Of a DNA stretch of 64,000 bases, positions 43,527-55,316 are shown piece by piece. The position numbers and the translations under genes are program-made. The first letter of the stretch is position 1. Each line of letters starts with the position of its first letter. The notes under the pieces are model-generated. The model was given only the letters and a program-made list of their open reading frames with translations, searched no databases and was not told where the DNA came from. Source of the DNA: Eledone cirrhosa (taxonomy: Eukaryota); the NCBI GenBank assembly GCA_964016885.1, contig OZ024741.1, positions 353,462,001 to 353,526,000 of the forward strand. The letters run 5' to 3'.

Positions 43527-44066
43527 CCACACATACATACACACACACATATATATATACATACACACATACAAACATACACACACACACACACACACAT
43601 ATATATACACACATACACACACATATATATACACACACACACACACACATGCATATATATATATATATACACATACGCATACATCCAGATACCCACATAC
43701 ATACACACACACACACACACGCACACACAATACATACATCCACATGCACACACATACTCACACACACACACACACACATACATACACCCACACACAGAGA
43801 AATGGCCTTCAAATATATATATATATATATACATACAGACACATATTTTTTCCATAATATAAGAAGTTGGGGCAGTGAAATTAAAATAATTCTGTGTGCG
43901 CATATATATATAGATATATGTGTGTGCACGTGCAGGGTTTAACATGGATGTGTTGGTCACACAAAGGCATGGTCTGTCAATGAATAAACCTGATTCTACA
44001 GAATTGGTCTCTGGTCTTTAATAGTAGTGATTCCGTGTGTATGTGTGTTTATATTTTATGACAATT

Positions 44067-46160
44067 CTATTGGGGTGATAACCCGTTTAGTTTTGGTTTA
44101 AATTTGTTAAGGAATAGATTTTCTTTGTTTATTCTTTGTTGTTGTGTGAACGAATCTGAGCACTTGTAGAAGGGGAAGATTTTAAAGTTGGGTAGTGTCA
44201 TTCCTGCGCAGTTCGCAATATGGCTGCTCAAGGGGATTTTTCTTGTGTTAGCGTCCCGGATTTGTTGGCGGTGGATGGTCATTCTTTTGCGTAATGAGGT
44301 GCCCGTCTGTCCTATGTAGTTGTGTTTGCACCCACCGCAAGTTATTGCGTAAATCAAGTTCTCCGAGTTGCAGGTGAAATTGTTTTTTACTGTAAATGTT
44401 TGGCCATCTTTGAATGTAAATGTTTGTCCTTCAGTGAGGTAGAGGCACGTTCCACAGTTTGTTCTACCACATTTGGTAACTGTAGGGTTGAGGATTGGTT
44501 TGGGTATATTTGGTCCAGTGAGAATGCGTTTAAGTGATTTGGGTTGTCTTTTACTTTTAAGGATCTTGTGTGTTTCAAGAATAGACTTCATTTTTACATC
44601 TTTAAGTAGGATGGGGAGGTTTTTGTGTAGGTGATCAAACATTTCGGTATTTCTGGGGTTGAAAGTGGATACATATGGCAGGGTGTTGAGTGTGGTTTTC
44701 TGTTTTGGATTGTTAAGTTGATGGGGATTTAGGTGTTTTGCCCTGTCTATTCCATTGTTGATTATTTCAAGTGGAAAGGCTCTTAAGTCTTTTAGTTCCT
44801 TTAGTCTTTGCTCCCGTTTAGGTGGATCTGATACTATGGTACATATACGTTTGGCCAAATTGTAAGGAATGTTAAGTTTTGTATGTTTTGGGTGACTTGA
44901 TGTGAAAAAGAGGTATTGCTTGGAATCTGTGGGTTTATAGAATATATCTGTATCTAATTTCCCGTCTATTACAGAGATGAGAATATCCAAGAAGGCTAAT
45001 TCCTTAGGATTGGATTCCATTGTGAATTGTATGTTATTATCTATGTTGTTTATCATGTTTTTAAACGTAGTAAGTGAGTTCATGTCTTCTTGCCATAGGA
45101 TAAAGCAGTCGTCTAGATATCTTTTCCAATTGGCTTTGAGGTGTGTGTGGAAAGAGTCTCCAAATAAGAGAAGGGACTGACTGTATATTTGTTGTTCATG
45201 GAATCCCATGACTAGGTTGGCATATGTGGGTGCTACTTTCGTGCCCATTGCCGTACCTGATACTTGTCTGTATGTTGAACCATTGAATGTGAAGTAGTTA
45301 TTTTGTAGGATAAAGCGGAGTCCGTCAGTGATAAAATCTGTGTTGATGCGTGTCGGTATTTCTGATGGGTGTGTGTTAATCCAGTATTGGACTGCTGTTA
45401 TTCCATAGTTGTGAGGTATGTTTGTGTAGAGGTTTATTACGTCAAAGGAGACAAGAATTGTATTTGCACTTACTGTTTTAGGGAGGTGTTTCAGCATGTC
45501 AAGGTCATCTCGTATGTAGCTCTGTATATGTTGTAGAAAGGGTTTCAGTAGGATGTCCAGAAAGTTGCTAAGTCTGTGGGTTTCACATGTAGGGCCTGCT
45601 ATAATTGGCCTGAGTTTTAGGTCTTCTGGTGGTGTTAGTTCAATGTAATTGTTGGTTGAGGTGTCACATGCATCGTTTATGGGTTTACATTTGTGAAGTT
45701 TCGGTAAGCCGTAAAAAGAGCTTGTATTGCATTTGAAGTGGCTTATATAGTTAAACTCTTTTGTGGTTAAGCTGTTGCGGTATTTATTCAGTAAGGTCAA
45801 AAGGTTCCCCATTGTTTTGGTGTGTTTGTAGTTTTCTGTTTTTTCATAGTATGTGTTGTTTTCTAAAATGTTAAGTGCGAGGGTCCTATAGTAGTCCGTA
45901 TTCATAATCACAACAGTACTGCCTTTATCGGCTTCTTTGATAGTTATCTCAGGGTTGTTTCTAAGTGTGAATAATTCTTCCCATTCGTGTGTAGATAGGT
46001 TTGATTTCGTGTGTTTATTTGTAATTTTTTCATAGGGAAAGTTGGTGATGTGTTCGCAGTACGTGTCCAGTGCTTTATTTTTTCCCTTTTGTGGGCAGAA
46101 ATTGCTTTTATTTCTAACCAGTGATTCGTCTTCAGTGTTGGTGTCGTTGTGGTGTAGGTG
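44067..46160 (-). CDS. PLE reverse transcriptase plus Cys-rich linker plus GIY-YIG endonuclease (5'-truncated, uninterrupted ~700 aa)
   Basis: ADKG, FYGLPKLHK, RPII, SFDVINLYTNIP, GTAMGTKVAP, RYLDD, FLDI, CGRTNCGTC, LIYAITC..CKHNYIGQT; the first ~12 residues of the tracked ORF come from the inverted arm. Confidence 0.93.
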   Translation of the reverse strand, partial: HLHHNDTNTEDESLVRNKSNFCPQKGKNKALDTYCEHITNFPYEKITNKHTKSNLSTHEWEELFTLRNNPEITIKEADKGSTVVIMNTDYYRTLALNILENNTYYEKTENYKHTKTMGNLLTLLNKYRNSLTTKEFNYISHFKCNTSSFYGLPKLHKCKPINDACDTSTNNYIELTPPEDLKLRPIIAGPTCETHRLSNFLDILLKPFLQHIQSYIRDDLDMLKHLPKTVSANTILVSFDVINLYTNIPHNYGITAVQYWINTHPSEIPTRINTDFITDGLRFILQNNYFTFNGSTYRQVSGTAMGTKVAPTYANLVMGFHEQQIYSQSLLLFGDSFHTHLKANWKRYLDDCFILWQEDMNSLTTFKNMINNIDNNIQFTMESNPKELAFLDILISVIDGKLDTDIFYKPTDSKQYLFFTSSHPKHTKLNIPYNLAKRICTIVSDPPKREQRLKELKDLRAFPLEIINNGIDRAKHLNPHQLNNPKQKTTLNTLPYVSTFNPRNTEMFDHLHKNLPILLKDVKMKSILETHKILKSKRQPKSLKRILTGPNIPKPILNPTVTKCGRTNCGTCLYLTEGQTFTFKDGQTFTVKNNFTCNSENLIYAITCGGCKHNYIGQTGTSLRKRMTIHRQQIRDANTRKIPLSSHIANCAGMTLPNFKIFPFYKCSDSFTQQQRINKENLFLNKFKPKLNGLSPQ

Positions 46161-46469
46161 TAGGTGTAAGTGCACTAAATCCTTTTCTATCACGCTCCAC
46201 TCTCCTACCCATCACAGGAAGATATATGTGTGTGTATATTGCTTCCACCCCCTCACTGACCAGCAGCTGGCGATTGCTAAATCTGACCTTTATAAAATAA
46301 CCCACACCCCAAATAACTTCTCATTCACTACCAGAAAGGGACACAGCAGTCAACCTGTTGTTGCTACCTAGATGAAAACTGCTATGAAATCCCACAATGA
46401 ATTTTATACTTGAATTTTCAAGTCTCAAATTTTAACTCTTCGTATTATTAATTTTTCTTAATATTAATC

Positions 46470-46517
46470 AACATTTGAAAAGATGGCTTTTGCAGACCCA
46501 TCGAAACCGGTCATTTT
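46470..46517 (+). ncRNA. Hammerhead motif in the inverted arm of the PLE
   Basis: Reverse complement of 42822-42870. Confidence 0.65.
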
Positions 46518-46617
46518 TTATACCCTTTATTATTTCCTTACCTTATAAAATTATGTTTTTTCACAAAAAAGTATTCTGTCTCTTATATATTCCATGTGCC
46601 ATTACCAACCTCAATTT

Positions 46618-46669
<52 letters not shown>

Positions 46670-46675
<6 letters not shown>

Positions 46676-47055
46676 AACAGCCCGAATTAAGCCGTACAGT
46701 GTCAGCAACCATCGTCGTCCCTTTGTTCAACACTGACAAAGGAACGATGATCTATTTCAAGCTTATTAGCTATCGTCAGCATCGTATATCTTCCCGTTAG
46801 ATGATTGAACGTTTGAAAGTATATACTTTCCTTATGCATATTAACGGCTGAGCAGCCTAATTTGTATATCGAGTGAGTTTAGTCGGCTGGGCGTACTGAA
46901 AAGGATAAATGGAAAAGAATGAAACGAAATTTCATTTCTCACTCTTAGTACGGCTGATACTTAAATATAAGTATGTATACGTACATACATATACGTGTAG
47001 AGACGTACAGTAGTACTAAGAGTGAGAAATGAAATGTTGTTTCATTCTTTTCTCT
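46670..47055 (-). mobile_element. Permuted copy of the 438-nt family L with HHR (46744-46785, stem III decayed) and short inverted end
   Basis: Homologous to the inverse of 31930-32280; 47014-47050 is inverted vs 46915-46950. Confidence 0.75.
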
Positions 47056-47069
47056 CTATATATATATAT

Positions 47070-47275
47070 AACAAAGGAAGTGTGGTAAGGAACCAGGTGG
47101 ACGGTAATGCACCAGAGAACTCGATACTTAGGGTAGTAGAGTGGGTAATATGAAAAACGTCAGGAAACCGACGGGGTCATCCGGCCGTTTCGACAGCTAG
47201 TTCCGAACTAAGTTAGTTCGGATATAACTGTCGAAACGGCCGGATCCCAGCCATCGAGGCCCTGACCTTTTTCGT
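47070..47275. mobile_element. Family A fold-back element
   Basis: Hairpin centred ~47211. Confidence 0.72.
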
Positions 47276-47281
47276 ATATAT

Positions 47282-47427
<146 letters not shown>

Positions 47428-47727
47428 CGGCGATGAATTAGTTTTACAAGTATAACAATATATATATATATATTTATATACTTACACATGGACTTCTGAC
47501 CAAATAATATTTGGTATCGATGGGTTAAAAACATCTGTCAAATCAATTAGTGGTGCAGGTGGTGTATATATATAGAGAGAGATAGATAGATACACACACA
47601 TTCAAATATCACAGAGAGAAAGAGAGAGGGGGGGGGTGAAGTGCAACAGAAATGAAACATGGATTACAGGTTAAAATATAATCTAAATAGATGTGAATCA
47701 AAACGAGGATGTAGTTTATGGAACACC

Positions 47728-48160
47728 CAAATGATTTAGAAGTCGACCTTAAGTAGGGGCAATAACATTAATAAAGACATGAACGACACCACAACACTTT
47801 GTTTTGAAACTTTTGAAAGTATGTTTATAAGTATGGTAGATACTAGAGACGGTGGAGATCCTCTTTGGGTTCAATCCTGGACAAGAGATACATGTAACTT
47901 TTTTCAGTTTTTATTTTACAACCGATAGAAAAAAAATGAAAAGGTTTACTGGCAACCCTACTCCCGACCAGGATCGAACTTCAGACCAGGATCACCACCG
48001 TCTATGATTCCTCGAACTAGGCCACCGAGACAGCTACGAAAATGTACTGAAAATTGATAATTATAAACTTCCTTTCAAAATCAAAGTTAAAAAGATGTGG
48101 TGTCGTTCGTGGCTTTCCTAGAGCTACTAGTAATATTTAGGGTCGACTTCTAGTCGTTAT
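47728..48160. other. Diverged inverted repeat with two convergent tRNA-like heads
   Basis: gacggtggagatcct..ggttcaatcctgg on plus and gacggtggtgatcct..gttcgatcctgg on minus; outer arms agaagtcgacc and gaacgacaccaca inverted. Confidence 0.5.
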
Positions 48161-48405
48161 TGAAAGTCCCTGGATTTCGCAAAATACATAATATTTTTTA
48201 TTGGAGAAGGTAAGATATTTTTCCGTAAACGTTTGATTGCACTGTTTTGTTTCCACTTATGTATTTTTCGAAAATGTTATTTATTCATTATAAAAATTGA
48301 ATGATAGCATTCTATATGTAAGTGGGCCCCCTTCATCTCCTGGCAACCAATATTTTTTAGATCCAGTCCGCCACTGTGAGTGTATACAAATATATATATA
48401 TATAT

Positions 48406-48637
48406 AACGAAGGAATTGTGGTAAGGAACCAGATGGACCATAACGCACCATAGTACTCAATACTTAGGGTAGTAGAGTGGGTAATAGGAACAAGTATGAC
48501 CCCGACGGCAGAGCTCAAGCTGTTTCGACGGCTATTTCTGGACTAAATAAGAATTTTTTCAAAAATAATTCTTCTTTAGTCCAGAAATAGCCGTCGAAAC
48601 GGCTTGAGCTCTGCCGTCGGGGTCATACTTGTTCCTA
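48406..48637. mobile_element. Family A fold-back element
   Basis: Hairpin 48485-48637. Confidence 0.78.
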
Positions 48638-48704
48638 TATATATATATATATATATATATATACGATATTAAACAAATGGAAACTATATTTATAAAACCA
48701 TATT

Positions 48705-48770
48705 TATTTCATTATATATATTTCAGGGATACCATATTAAAAATATGGTATGCCTTCCTCAGACAAAATA
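48705..48770 (-). ncRNA. Type I hammerhead motif (inverted arm)
   Basis: Reverse complement of 50144-50209. Confidence 0.78.
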
Positions 48771-50143
48771 CAATATATAAACCGTTTTATAAATAAATTT
48801 GACATACCTAGAACAGTGCAACTTCCATTTAAAAAGCTGATTTGGTAGTGAAAATGTAGAGGACAGTTAAAAAGAAGGACGAAGAGAAAAAAGAAGAAAA
48901 AAGAAAAAAGAAGGGAAGAAGAAATGATTGCTTCTAATGAACTTGACAATACATTGTCAAATAAATTTGAAGGGTGGTTTTCTGTGGTTGATATGCGTGG
49001 CATACTATGTTTTTATTGCGTCCCTAGTCACTCCGTGGAATGACGAAGATATTCTTGGCGTTTTTAATATATTTTTTAATATATTTTTAATATATTGATA
49101 TCTGTTGTCTATTCTATGCTTGAACGATAATCATGTAAGTGAGGGCAAGAATATTATTATTAATATTAATGTACACTTTATGTCTATATATGTATGTATG
49201 TACATATATGTATGGTGGAATCTTTTGTAACGCAATGAAGTTTTCATGAAAATATGATTTTACAGAGCCGATCACGTAAATTCACATGTGTGTCCATAAT
49301 TGTCAACTTGAATTTGAGATAACCTTCTCTTTTCTTTTTCTTTTTTCATGAAAATACATATATACTTATGTATTTCAGTATTTTTGAAGTTTTATCTCAG
49401 ATTTTGCTTATAAACCTAAGAATTTTTAAACTAAACATGGGTCATTATTTTTTCATTTTTTCACACATTATTGATATGTGTCTCATTCATGAATATTGAT
49501 ATCTACATTGTAATACCTAATTCATATGAATTGATAATTCAAATCGACGAGACATAATATTTCAAATATATTTTAAATATATCATCTTTCTTTCTTTTTT
49601 CTACTCTACACTTGACGGGACTTACATATCGGCTGTTTTTTAACTGTATCTCTCCCACCTCGTATGATAGATATTACTCGATCTACCTCTTTTCTCCCAC
49701 CACATATATCTCTCTCTACCTCTCTTTATTTATCATATTTCTCTCCGTATCCTTAACACTATAACTAAATAAATAAATAAATAAATAATTACAGTACCCC
49801 CTTCCCTCCTTAATATCTCATTTGTACGCTGATCATCTGTCTCCAAGCTGCCTATCATTTTTCACTCCCTCAATATATTTCTCTCTCCCATATCTCTTTC
49901 TCTCTATCTCGCTCTGTTGCTTTCTTTGCATACATCTATTCATCTTCTTTTCTAAATATCCTTAGCGCTATACACTTTCTCTTTCTTCTTCCCTTCTTTT
50001 TTCTTTTTTTCTTTTTTCTTCTTTTTTCTCTTCATCCTTCTTTTTAACTGTCCTCTACATTTTCACTACCAAATCAACTTTTTAAATGGAAGTTGCACTG
50101 TTCTAGGTGTGTCAAATTTATTTATAAAACGGTTTATATATTG

Positions 50144-50209
50144 TATTTTGTCTGAGGAAGGCATACCATATTTTTAATATGGTATCCCTGAAATATATAT
50201 AATGAAATA
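50144..50209 (+). ncRNA. Type I hammerhead motif
   Basis: tattttgt-CTGAGGA-aggcataccatatt ttt aatatggtatccct-GAAA-tatata-TA-atgaaata. Confidence 0.8.
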
Positions 50210-50337
50210 AATATGGTTTTATAAATATAGTTTCCATTTGTTTAATATCGTAAACCTACTCCAAAACCTGTTGAGTGCTTTTATATCAGTTATAAAATAT
50301 TTACTCGTTGTAACCCTACAATTTTAAATAAAACTTT

Positions 50338-50381
<44 letters not shown>

Positions 50382-50461
50382 GAAAATGTTAAAAAAGTGT
50401 TTGAAAAGAACGCCTGGTATAAAAGATCTTTATAACATGTACACATTCATGTTAAAATTTG

Positions 50462-50504
50462 ATGTTAGCAAAGCCTGCTTTCTCCGTTTTGGATCATCAA
50501 ACAT
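50462..50504 (-). ncRNA. Hammerhead-like motif (U3.G8 core) within a diverged fold-back element 50380-50735
   Basis: atgt-TTGATGA-tcc aaaac gga-GAAA-gca ggctt tgc-TA-acat. Confidence 0.55.
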
Positions 50505-50937
50505 GTGTTATTAGGTTAAATTGTTTTTCCGTTAAAACTCCCGCCTGCTGATTCTCGACCACTCCAAAACGGAGAAAGCAGGCTTTGTTAACATCAAGTA
50601 TTAAAATAATTCTTTGTACATGTTATTTGACGAATTTGGAGGGTGATTACGGTTTGTTTCGCAGGCGTTTTCAGTTTAGGGTATTTTCTCAGGGAGAGTA
50701 GACTAATTGTATCAATAACGCTCTTATTTCCGAGTATATATATATATATATATAATCAAGGAAATGTGGTAAGGATTAGCCGTCGAAACGGTTTGAGCTC
50801 AGCCGTCGGGGTCCTACTCGTTCCTATAAATATATATATATATAGTTATGTAATAAATAATTGTTTATTACATAACTAAAAAGCTCTGTAGCCTACATAG
50901 AGCACTCTATTTTCTTTTACCTTTCCTACGGAAATAC

Positions 50938-50989
<52 letters not shown>

Positions 50990-52033
50990 TGTGTGTGTGT
51001 GTGTGTATCCATAACAAAGCAGGTGTGGTAAGATACCAGGTGGACCATAACGCACCAGAGTACTCAATACTTAAGGTAGTGGAGTGGGTAATAGGAAAAG
51101 AGTCAGTATATATATATGTGTGTGTGTATTCTCATCAGTGTGTTGATACTCTGTGTTGTCTATGTAGTATAGGCATTATATCGATATATAGAGAAATATA
51201 GAGAGATTCCTTGATTGCGTGATTGTGTGATTGATTGATTGGTTTATGATTGATTGCCTGTTTGATTGAAAACCAGCTAAGTTGATTGATTTATTGATGT
51301 TTATAAAGATCAATACTAATATAGATATATGTACGTACACTTACTCTCTTTTCTCTAACACGCACACACACACATATATATATATATGTATGTGTGTTTA
51401 TGTGAGTGTGTGTGAATGTGTGTGTGTGTGAGTGTGTGTGAATGTGTGGTGCTGTGTATGTGTGTGTCAGTAGAGAGGGCGAACAAAATACAAACAGATA
51501 GATGGACAGATAATCAATGAAAGAAAGATAGTTATATATAAATACATATATTGATAGAGTGAGAGATGAGGAAAGAGAGAGACTGAGACACACAGGCATG
51601 AATAGATAGAGAAAGAGAAGGCGCGTATGGGTGTGTGAGAAAGAGACGATAGTAGGGGTATGTAGGAATGTATTTGTGAGATGTTATAAGGAAATGTAGA
51701 GAGAGATAGACATATATTCTAGTATATATAGATAAAACACTGAATTGACACGCACATATTCACAAATACACACAAACACACTCACCTATATATACACACA
51801 GAAAAACATTTATATTGCTGAACATTTTTGGTTCTAAAATCTTAGTTAAATTTTATACGTGACATATTTAATATAGAAATGGCGCCTACGGGACTAGAAC
51901 TGTTTCATTCGGAGGAAATCATCAGGAAAGAAATATTTATACTCTGCTGTTTATTGAGTACCTTACTTACTGTAGTTACCCCCGATTGAACCCGGAATAA
52001 ACCCCGGAATAAACACCCACACACACCCACACC

Positions 52034-52077
<44 letters not shown>

Positions 52078-52156
52078 TATATATATATATATTATATATA
52101 TATATTATATATATATATTATATATATATATATATATTATATTTATATATATATAT

Positions 52157-52336
52157 AATTGTTTCTACTTTAGGCACAAGGCCAGCAAATTACCCAGTAC
52201 ATTACTGGTACTTTATTTTATCGACCCCGTAAGGATGAAAGGCAAAGTTAACCTCGGCGGGATTTGAACTCAGACTGTAAAGGGACGTAACTATGCTAGA
52301 AAGCATGGCGCCCAACCCTCTACCGATACTGCCAAT
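52157..52336 (-). mobile_element. Full-length tRNA-derived Meta-core SINE
   Basis: Reverse complement of ttggcagtatcggtagag...gagttcaaatcccgccgagg..gcctttcatccttacggggtcgataaa. Confidence 0.85.
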
Positions 52337-52339
52337 ATA

Positions 52340-52620
52340 TAATATTTTTTATATATATTATATTTATATATATATTATATATATATATTATATATATATA
52401 TGTTATATATATATTATATATATATATATATTATATATATATATAATATATATATATATATAATATATATATATATTATATTTATATATATATATATTAT
52501 ATAAATATATATATTATATATATATATATATTATATATATATATATTATATATATATATATATATTATATATATATATATATTATATATATATATATATT
52601 ATATATATATATTATATATA

Positions 52621-52652
<32 letters not shown>

Positions 52653-52688
52653 TATATTTATATATATATATATTATATATATATATAT

Positions 52689-52723
<35 letters not shown>

Positions 52724-52891
52724 ATATATATATATTATATATATATTATATATATATATAATATATATATTATATATATATATATATTATATATATATAT
52801 TATATATATATATTATATATATATATTATATATATATATATTATATATATATTATATATATATATATTATATATATATTATATATATATAT

Positions 52892-52959
<68 letters not shown>

Positions 52960-53102
52960 ATATATTATATATATATATATTATATATATATATATATTAT
53001 ATATATATATTATATATATATATATATTATATATATATATTATATATATATATATATTATATATATATATTATATATATATATATATTATATATATATAT
53101 TA

Positions 53103-53135
<33 letters not shown>

Positions 53136-53163
53136 ATTAATATATATATATATATATTATATA

Positions 53164-53227
<64 letters not shown>

Positions 53228-53255
53228 ATATATATATTTATTATATATATATATA
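52340..53255. repeat. Long degenerate (TA)n / (TATATATAT)n array
   Basis: Direct reading. Confidence 0.95.
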
Positions 53256-53259
53256 TCTA

Positions 53260-53452
53260 GAATGATATTAAATAAATGGAAACTATATTTATAAAACCAT
53301 ATTTATTTTATTATATATATTTCAAATGGTTTTATAAATATAGTTTCCATTTATTTAATATCATTGAATATTTACTCCACTGTGTGTTGAGTCCTCTAAA
53401 TCAGTTATAAACATTTATATTTGCCGGACTTCCAACAAATTAAATACCCCTT
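53260..53452. mobile_element. Short fold-back copy of family F truncated at the HHR GAAA
   Basis: Arms 53262-53300 / 53326-53365; left arm ends at ..tatatatatttca. Confidence 0.7.
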
Positions 53453-53571
53453 CTACTTATATATATATATATAAGTATATATACATATATATATATATTA
53501 TACATATATATATATGTGTGTGTGTGTGTGCGTGCGTGTGTGCATGTGTGCGTGTGTGGTTGTTTGTATAC

Positions 53572-53622
<51 letters not shown>

Positions 53623-53838
53623 AACCCAGACATATAGTGCACAATAAGATTGGAAACTAATATGCGAGACACATATAGTGATAGGCAGACATTCAGAAAG
53701 ACAGAAAGACAAAGTCTTGCAGGCAGATTGGCAAATAGTAAACTAGTCAGCGAGTCTCATTAGATAGATTATATTGATGTATAAAACTGGACATGTTTAC
53801 AAATGTACACTATTACATACACGTCTATGTGTGTATAC

Positions 53839-53873
<35 letters not shown>

Positions 53874-54307
53874 ATCAATAAATGTATACAAATGACAAGA
53901 CGTGTTTATTTTATATATATATATATATATTTATATATTTATATGTTTATATGTAGATAAATCTACCAAAATAAACGGTAGTGTCCATATATATATATAT
54001 TACATACACGTCTTGTCATATGTATACATTTATTGATTACATATATATATATAATTATATATATATATATATATATCATATATATATATATATATCAATA
54101 AATGTATACATTTATACATATATATATATAATAGGTATAATATATATATTATATGTATAATACAAATATATATGTGTGTGTGTAATTATAAGTATATTAC
54201 ACACACACACACAACCACACACAGAGACACACACACAGACACACACGCACAGACACAGACACACAGACATATACACACACACACACACATACACATGTAT
54301 ATATATG

Positions 54308-54378
<71 letters not shown>

Positions 54379-54571
54379 GACAATAATTAAATATATAAAT
54401 AGATAAATAAATGCCATTGTTAAATAATAAATAAATCAACTAATACCTTAACACTTCACACAAAGTAAAACATTTCGTTTTAATCATTTTCTAACCAAGA
54501 AAAAAGAGAGAGAGAAACAAAAAAGGAAAAAAATATGTCTTTCTTCCTAATAATCGTCTCTTTCTCTCTGT

Positions 54572-54617
<46 letters not shown>

Positions 54618-54620
<3 letters not shown>

Positions 54621-54767
54621 AACGAGTTGGACCCCGACGGCTGAGCTCAAGCCGTTTCGACGGCTAATTCTGGACTAAAAAAAAATAAAAAAAAATATTT
54701 TTTAGTCCAGAAGTACAGAATTAGCCGTCGAAACGGCTTAAGCTCAGCCGTCGAGGTCCTACTCGTT

Positions 54768-54770
<3 letters not shown>
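54618..54770. mobile_element. Family A fold-back element
   Basis: Hairpin with A/T-rich centre; (TA)n on both sides. Confidence 0.78.
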
Positions 54771-54844
<74 letters not shown>

Positions 54845-55209
54845 CAGAGTGAGAGAGATGTGATGCGCAATACGGAGATATATTTACAGACATAGTGTCA
54901 CAATGATTGAGTGGATACGAGAGAATGAAGAAGAAAATCACATTCCATACATATCTTCCTATCGACATTGGCCCCATCCAAATGACAGGAACGTAATGTG
55001 GCATTGAATATACGCCCAGTTGTAACATGTCTCTCTCTCTCTCCCTCCTTAGTCTCATTCTCCTCTCTCGCTCCTCTCTCTCTGTCTCTCCCTTCTCTCT
55101 CTCTATCTCTCTCCCTTATCATTCTTTCCCTGCCCTTCATATTGTCTCTCCAATCCTCTCTCTTACTGCTCTCTCTCTCTCCTCAGTTTCTCTCTCCTCT
55201 CTCCCCCTC

Positions 55210-55251
<42 letters not shown>

Positions 55252-55316
55252 CTCTCGCCATATAGAATATGAATATGAAATGAAATGACAATGAAATGGA
55301 GAACGTTATTCTAGAG

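Larger units (their letters stand above)
42682..46621 (-). mobile_element. Penelope-like retroelement (Neptune-like), 5'-truncated with an inverted copy of its 3' end
   Basis: 42721-43180 inverted vs 46160-46621; open RT-GIY-YIG ORF; microsatellite flanks. Confidence 0.93.
48664..50340 (+). mobile_element. Longer (~1.7 kb) family F element with inverted 5' arm (48664-48920 vs 49985-50251)
   Basis: Inverted arms, non-coding body, (TA)n flanks. Confidence 0.75.

Noticed and set aside
51890-51935. Minus-strand CTGATGA...GAAA hammerhead candidate
   Set aside because: Stem II is plausible but no stem I pairing was found
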